Part shown: positions 57,101-64,000 of the stretch, piece by piece | Layout: each line of letters opens with the position of its first letter | Numbering within the stretch: position 1 is the stretch's first letter | Assembly: GCA_964016885.1 (NCBI GenBank) | Contig: OZ024740.1 | Location: 403,434,001 to 403,498,000, forward strand | Source: Eledone cirrhosa | Lineage: Eukaryota | Direction: 5' to 3' | DNA: 64,000 nucleotides | The notes under the pieces: generated by a model | The model's input: the letters and a program-made list of their open reading frames with translations, nothing else | The model's database searches: none | What the model was told of the DNA's origin: nothing | Position numbers and translations under genes: made by a program

Positions 57101-60060
57101 CAGGTATATTAGTAGGCAGGTGGCTAAAGATGTAGGTATGTAGGTAGGCAGGTATGTTAGTAGACAGGTGGCTAGAGATGTAGGTATGTAGGTAGGCAGG
57201 TAGATTAGTAGGCAGGTGGCTAGAGATGTAGGTATGTAGATAGGCAGGTAGATTAGTAGGCAGGTGGCTAGAGATGTAGGTATGTAAGTAGGCAGGTATA
57301 TTAGTAGGCAGGTGGCTAAAGATATAGGTATGTAGGTAGGCAGGTAGATTAGTAGGCAGGTGGCTAGAGATGTAGGTATGTAGGTAGGCAGGTATATTAG
57401 TAGGCAGGTGGCTAAAGATGTAGGTATGTAGGTAGGCAGGTATGTTAGTAGACAGGTGGCTAGAGATGTAGGTATGTAGGTAGGCAGGTAGATTAGTAGG
57501 CAGGTGGCTAGAGATGTAGGAAGGCAGGTAAATTAGTAGGCAGGTGGCTTGAGATGTAGGTAGGCAGGTAGATTAGTAGGCAAGTGGCTAGTGATGAAGG
57601 TATGTAGGTAGGCAGGTAGATTAGTAGGCAGGTGGCTAGATATATAGATATGTAGGTAGGCAGTTAGATTAGTAGGCAGGTGACTAGAGATGTAGGTATG
57701 TAGGTAGGCAGGTAGATTTGTAGGCAGGTGGCTAGAGATGTAGGTATGTAGGTAGGCAGGTAGATTAGTAGGCAGGTGGCTAGAAATGTAGGTATGTAGG
57801 TAGGCAGGTAGTTTTGTAGGCAGGTGGCTAGATATGTAGGTATGTAGGTAGGCAGTTAGATTAGTAGGCAGGTGACTAGAGATGTAGGTATGTAGGTAGG
57901 CAGGTAGATTAGTAGGCAGGTGACTAGAGATGTAGGTAGGCAGGTAGATTAGTAGGCAGGTGGCTAGAGATGTAGGTATGTAGGTAGATTAGTAGGCAGG
58001 TGGCTAGAGATGTAGGTATGTAGGTAGGCAGGTATATTAGTAGGCAGGTGGCTAGAGATGTAGGTATGTAGGTAGGCAGGTATGTTAGTAGACAGGTGGC
58101 TCTAGATGTAGGTATGTAGGTAGCCAGGTAGATTAGTAGGCAGGTGGCTAGAGATGTAGGTATGTAGGTAGGCAGGTAGATTAGTAGGCAGGTGGCTAGA
58201 GATGTAGGTAGGCAGGTAGATTAGTAGGCAGGTTGCTAGAGATGTAGGTATGTAGGTAGGCAGGTATGTTAGTAGGCAGGTGGATAGAGATGTAGGTAGG
58301 CAGGTAGATTAGTAGGCAGGTGGCTAGAGATGTAGGTATGTAGGTAGGCAGGTAGATTAATAGACAGGTGGCTAGAGATGTAGGTAGGCAGGTAGATTAG
58401 TAGGCAGGTGGCTAGAGATGTAGGTATGTAGGTAGGCAGGTAGATTATTAGGCAGGTAGCTAGAGATGTAGGTAGGCAGGTAGATTAGTAGGCAGGTGGC
58501 TAGATTTGTAGGTATGTAGGTAGGCAATGTAGATTAGTAGGCAGGTGACTAGAGATGTAGGTAGGCAGGTGGCTAGAGATGTAGGTATGTAGGTAGGCAG
58601 GTAGATTAGTAGGCAGGTGGCTAGAGATGTAGGTAGGCAGGTAGATTAGTAGGCAGGTGGCTAGAGATGTAGGTATGTAGGTAGGCAGGTATATTAGTAG
58701 GCAGGTGGCTAAAGATGTAGGTATGTAGGTAGGCAGGTATGTTAGTAGACAGGTGGCTAGAGATGTAGGTATGTAGGTAGGCAGGTAGATTAGTAGGCAG
58801 GTGGCTAGAGATGTAGGTATGTAGATAGGCAGGTAGATTAGTAGGCAGGTGGCTAGAGATGTAGGTATGTAAGTAGGCAGGTATATTAGTAGGCAGGTGG
58901 CTAAAGATATAGGTATGTAGGTAGGCAGGTAGATTAGTAGGCAGGTGGCTAGAGATGTAGGTATGTAGGTAGGCAGGTATATTAGTAGGCAGGTGGCTAA
59001 AGATGTAGGTATGTAGGTAGGCAGGTATGTTAGTAGACAGGTGGCTAGAGATGTAGGTATGTAGGTAGGCAGGTAGATTAGTAGGCAGGTGGCTAGAGAT
59101 GTAGGAAGGCAGGTAAATTAGTAGGCAGGTGGCTTGAGATGTAGGTAGGCAGGTAGATTAGTAGGCAAGTGGCTAGTGATGAAGGTATGTAGGTAGGCAG
59201 GTAGATTAGTAGGCAGGTGGCTAGATATATAGATATGTAGGTAGGCAGTTAGATTAGTAGGCAGGTGACTAGAGATGTAGGTATGTAGGTAGGCAGGTAG
59301 ATTTGTAGGCAGGTGGCTAGAGATGTAGGTATGTAGGTAGGCAGGTAGATTAGTAGGCAGGTGGCTAGAAATGTAGGTATGTAGGTAGGCAGGTAGTTTT
59401 GTAGGCAGGTGGCTAGATATGTAGGTATGTAGGTAGGCAGTTAGATTAGTAGGCAGGTGACTAGAGATGTAGGTATGTAGGTAGGCAGGTAGATTAGTAG
59501 GCAGGTGGCTAGAGATGTAGGTATGTAGGTAGGCAGGTAGATTAGTAGGCAGGTGGCTAGAAATGTAGGTATGTAGGTAGGCAGGTAGATTAGTAGGCAG
59601 GTGGCTAGATATGTAGGTATGTAGGTAGGCAGTTAGATTAGTAGGCAGGTTACTAGAGATGTAGGTATGTAGGTAGGCAGGTAGATTAGTAGGCAGGTGG
59701 CTAGAGATGTAGGTAGGCAGGTAGATTAGTAGGCAGGTGGCTAGAGATGTAGGTATGTAGGTAGGCAGGTATGTTAGTAGGCAGTTGGCTAGAGATGTAG
59801 GTAGGCAGGTAGATTAGTAGGCAGGTGGCTAGAGATGTAGGTATGTAGGTAGGCAGGTAGATTAGTAGGCAGGTGGCTAGAGATGTAGGTATTTAGGTAG
59901 GTAGGTAGATTAGTAGGCAGGTGGCTAGAGATGTAGGTATGTAGGTAGGCAGGTGGCTAGAGATGTAGGTAGGCAGGTAGATTAGTAGGCAGGTGGCTAG
60001 AGATGTAGGCATGTAGGTAGGCAGGTGGCTAGAGATGTAGGTATGTAGGAGGGCAGGTAG
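30119..60060. repeat. TAGG-derived 40/48-bp satellite, block 2, with nested higher-order duplications
   Basis: Same monomer as block 1; rare-variant markers recur at kb-scale offsets. Confidence 0.98.
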
Positions 60061-60302
60061 GTTAGTTAGAATGTGGATAGGCAGGTAGGTAAGTAACTTG
60101 GTTGTTAAGAAGGTAGGTAGCTAGTTAGGTAGGTAAGTAGGTAGGTAGGTTGGTCTGTATGCATGTAGGTTGGTGGATAGAACGAAAGGTAAGTATTTAA
60201 ATGGAAGTAAATAGATTTTAAGTGGAGGTAGGTAGGTAAATAGAAGAGAAATGAATAAATGAAGATATAGAAGAGATGTCAAGGATGTATTTAATTGAGA
60301 TA

Positions 60303-61755
60303 TGTTTCTTTTATTTGCCACCAGGGCATCAAACGTGGGACAAGTACAATGGGGGAAGTTTACAAAACAAGGCGTCCTCAATAAGGAGGAGGCAATAACA
60401 ATATATAAAAATAAAATAAAATATAACAAAAAATAAAATTTATAACAAAGTCCTCAATAGAGAGGAGGCGCCTTGGGGGGTCGCACACACCCCCGAAAAA
60501 AGTGTGCAACCCTTCTCCTCAGGAGCACAGAGAAGGGGTGCTCCCTTGGTCTTTCATCTTCCTCACCTATAGTCTGATGTAGAGTGAAGGCCCATTCACA
60601 CGGGCCATTCTCGCCACTTTCACCCATCTTTCATAGAAACGGCTGGGGTGCAGCACCTCTCTCTCCATCCTGATCCTTCTTCCGAAATGATATCGGAAGA
60701 AACGGACCAGTTGTTGGCCAGAGAGAAAGGTGTCTGACCTCAGTCCTTTCAGACGCGTCCACCATACAACCTCTTTCGCCATGGCTATTACGCACAGAAA
60801 CACCGCCTCTCCTTCGTTTTTGAAGAGGGGAGGCGGCTTGATCGTTACAATAGACTCGGTGGTCAACCGGATCGGTCCCACCCTTGACAGCAGTTGTTCG
60901 ACATAGCCCCACAGATCGGCAATGCCCGAGCAGTGTACCAATGCGTGTGCAACGGTTTCCTCGTCGCACACGCATCTGGGACAGATCTTTTTGGCGGGGT
61001 CCCTACCCGGGCGCCCGTGTCTGTAGAGCCTTTCTCGAACGGGCAGAGCCCTTCTGTAGCATTGCCAGGCCAGGGACCTCTGGAAGTTATCCATGGGTCC
61101 CGGGCTGAATGTCCTACCAAACAGGTTGGCCAGTTCGTCTTCCTCCATGCCTAGGGCTTCTCCGAGGGCGTCGTCGCACCTGCTAACCACCAGCCCTCTA
61201 TAGAATGACGAGGTGGATTCTCCACTGACAGCCGGGTCCGCCTGCCAGAGAGCCGTGAGCGCCTGGGCACACTCGGTGTGCCAGGCGCCCAGTTTTCTCG
61301 GTCTTTGCTTGACCCAGGATTGCAGCTCGGTGAGTGAGACGAGTCTGGGAAAGGCTCGCCTCACAAACGGGGCCCACACCGGTTGCCCGGAGAGGAATAC
61401 CTGAAGGTGCCGTAGCCTTAATGCGTGTTTACGTATCATCAGCCACGGCATCCCCAGCCCTCCTTTCGAAGGGTGTTGACAGCAGATGGATCTCCTCACC
61501 ATAGGAGCCCGCTTCTTCCAATGGAATTGGAAGAGTGCGCGCTCCATTTTGGCTAGCGTTTCCCTTGGGCAAGGCACCACGGTCAGGCGGTAGTAGATGA
61601 CGGACGCTATATAAGTGTTCGCCACCTCCGCCCGACCTTTCAGGGACAGTTTGCACTCGGCCCACTTCTGGGTCAGTGCAAACACCCTGCTCGTCACCTC
61701 ACCCCAGTTCTTCTCCACCTGGAGGTCTGGTCCGAACCAGACCCCGAGCAATTTC
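60303..61755 (-). mobile_element. Tx1/L1-type LINE 3' fragment, copy 3 (independent insertion, 7-bp TSD)
   Basis: TSD TGAGATA at 60296-60302 and 61756-61762. Different truncation point and many substitutions relative to copy 1. Confidence 0.92.
60567..61751 (-). pseudogene. Uninterrupted 394-aa C-terminal fragment of Tx1-like ORF2
   Basis: Same motifs as copy 1 with no stop; truncated at the RT thumb. Confidence 0.9.
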
Positions 61756-61760
61756 TGAGA

Positions 61761-62120
61761 TAGGTAGGTAGATATGTATGTAGGTAGGTAAGTCGGTAGG
61801 TATGTGGGTAGGTAAGTAAGTAGGTAGGTAAGTAAGGAGGTAGGTAGGTAGGTAAGTGGGTAGGTAAGTAAGTAGGTAGGTAAGTAAGGAGGTAGGTAGG
61901 TAAGTGGGTAGGTAAGTAAGTAGGTAGGTAAGTAAGTAGGTAGGTAAGTAAGGAGGTAGGTAGGTAGGTAGGTAGGTAGTTAGAAAGGTATGCAGGTGGA
62001 TAGGTTGATAGATAGATGGGGAGGCTGGTTGATACTTGGGTACGAAGGTATGTATATATGAATGTAAGTATGAATGTAGATAGGTAGGTAGGAAGGTAGG
62101 TAGGCTAGTAGGTAGGTAGA
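61761..62120 (+). repeat. Degenerate (TAGG/TAAG)n low-complexity tract (continues 60061-60240)
   Basis: Direct reading. Confidence 0.9.
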
Positions 62121-62152
62121 TATTTATGGAGGTGGGTGGTACATATATATGT

Positions 62153-62197
62153 ATGTATGTGCCAACTCTTACCTATTGTCATGAATCCTGGGTAATG
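62153..62197 (+). pseudogene. Tiny fossil of a different RTE (Expander/Rex3-like) ORF
   Basis: YVPTLTYCHESWVM resembles the post-RT motif YVPTLTYGHELWV of Expander/Rex3 elements, recalled from memory. Confidence 0.45.
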
Positions 62198-62957
62198 CCT
62201 GTAGTATCAGAGCTGTCAGCTCACAATTATGGAGAAGTAGTGACTCTACCTGGATCTTTGAACTCTCTGATCTTTGAGCTATGTACTCTATTGAGTAACA
62301 TTACTCCAAAGACCCTTCGGAGGAACCCCATTTTGGCTACTTGTATTTGGGATCATATTTGTTTAGTTATCTCCCCTCCCATTTGCAGCCTTCACTCTAT
62401 CAACCTACTTACTTATGCATCAACCACACTACTTACCATCCTCTACCACATATCTACCAAGATATCAGGCTGAAGTTTGAGAGAAATACTACAGTTGACT
62501 AACTGCATAGAGGTTTCTTAAGAGGATCAGCAGCTGCCTATGTTCAAATCCCATCAAAGTCGACTTTGTTTTTTATTTTCCTTTGGGTGATAAAATAAAT
62601 ACCAGTCAAGCACTGGTATGGACATGATAAATGCTGGGTGAAGAAGTGCCAGGTGTCAGTGGAAGAAAGATGTAGTAGAGAAAGACCAAGAGAAATCTTA
62701 GTGGTAGTCGGGAGGATTGATAGTGGTGGTGGAAGTAATAGAAAATGTAATACAAGGGAAAGGCAGAGTCCAATAAACTGAGAAAGTTAAGGGCAGAAAG
62801 AAATTCTGCAAGGCATCATGTCTGATGTTCTAACAATTCTGTAAACCATCCTAGGTAGGTAAGTAGGTAGGTATGATGAAAGGCAAAGTTGAATTCAATG
62901 GTATCTACCAAGTAATCATTGATATCTGATGAATGGGCTTCATATGTTGGATAAGGT

Positions 62958-63165
62958 AATGATTTCTACTATAGGCACAAGGCCAGCAATTTTGGGGGAG
63001 GGGAAAGTCGATTAAATCAACCCAGGGCATTATTGGTGCTTTATTTTATCAACCCCATAATGATGAAAGGCAAATCTTAACCTCAGTGGTATTTGAACTC
63101 AGAACGTAAATGACCGTAACTCGATGTCACGAAGCATGTTGCCAGTGCTCTAGCGATACTGCCAA
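62958..63165 (-). mobile_element. tRNA-type SINE (family A, long variant)
   Basis: Colinear with 1698-1911, including the GGGGGAGGGGAA segment. Confidence 0.85.
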
Positions 63166-63178
63166 GGTAGTGTAAGCT

Positions 63179-63385
63179 ATCATCATCATCGATTAACGTT
63201 TATCTTCCATGCTAGCATGGGTTAGACGGGTTTGTCCCATTTAGAGACAAGCTGGTGACCGTGTCTCGCTCATATAGGAGAGTTTCTGGCTGGTTTTCTA
63301 CGGCTGGATGCCCTTCCTAACACCAATCACATTGACAGTGTGTGCTGGGTGTTTTTTGTCGTGGCTTTTACACGTCCACTTTACA
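63179..63385 (-). mobile_element. RTE 3'UTR relic
   Basis: (CAT)n-..TTAACGT..TTCCATGCTAGCATGGG and TTCTACGGCTGGATGCCCTTCCTAACACCAA are colinear with 6115-6330. Confidence 0.88.
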
Positions 63386-64000
63386 TGAAATAGTGGAACA
63401 GTCAATTCATTTTGCGAAGGCAAATGATGACAATCTTCATATGCAGACTTCTCAAGTGAAACTGCAACAATGTGGGACGATGTTTAGTTTAAATTTAACA
63501 GTCGTCAACAGATATTCACGATTCACGATTCTTAATCCATTTATAAATTGTGTCTTTTAAGTAAGCTGCATAGGCTGTTGATAGCACACGAAAATGACGA
63601 TTTAAAATTATTATTTCTGATCAAACGCGAGAGGTGTCTAAATCTGTGAAACTCCAAAGGTCTTTTCGCCCCCTTTCACCCTCCTTTTTCTATAAATCTA
63701 GTCGTTTCCGACTGGTTTAGAGGTCATATTTGTTGATATCACGCGGAAAAAAAATCGTAGAGAAAATTTCGAGGATGGCGGTTATCCGGGGAGGAGAGGG
63801 GAGGGGGCGATACACCCAACCCCCTCCCTTTTTATGGGGAAAAATCGATTGCGGGCATCTTGGAGGTTAGATTAGCTGATAGTACACGAAAAAAACGAGG
63901 AAAAAATTGTTTTCCCCACTGAAATCGAGGGGGGTGTTCTTCTATAAAATTACCCTGCATCGTTACAGTTTTCTATTACTTTCTAATTTATTTACATTTA

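Noticed and set aside
20641-60060. Many PTYI/SHL-repeat ORFs on the minus strand
   Set aside because: They are translations of satellite monomers, with frequent stops and no coding features.
16906-60060. Tandem arrays as CRISPR
   Set aside because: No unique spacers, no cas genes, and the context is eukaryotic.
20517-62120. TAGG repeats as telomeric or interstitial telomere sequence
   Set aside because: The unit is TAGG, not TTAGG or TTAGGG, and no runs of canonical telomere repeat occur.

Overview
Repeat-dense animal genomic DNA with no confidently identifiable host gene. The SINE/RTE repertoire looks like coleoid cephalopod (octopus-like); this is pattern recognition, not a search result. 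Bases 1-18.9 kb are a patchwork of tRNA-type SINEs, TTAA-flanked MITEs, microsatellites and a 31-bp minisatellite. They also hold an apparently intact minus-strand RTE-clade LINE (1137-aa APE+RT ORF with a C4HC3 PHD-like finger inside the RT and 2.5 near-identical 500-bp monomers at its 5' end), lying tail-to-tail with a truncated relative. Bases 18.9-62 kb are a ~38-kb satellite of 40/48-bp monomers built from (TAGG)n, with nested kb-scale duplications. Three same-orientation 3' fragments of one Tx1/L1-type LINE bracket and interrupt it. All three Tx1 3' junctions fall at AG(A/G)TA^G, suggesting a sequence-specific family. The middle copy is a chimera sitting exactly at the breakpoint of a 9478-bp tandem duplication, so the retrotransposon appears to have driven satellite expansion. 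Most satellite monomers also carry UACUAAY (branch-point/STAR-protein motif) on the minus strand.
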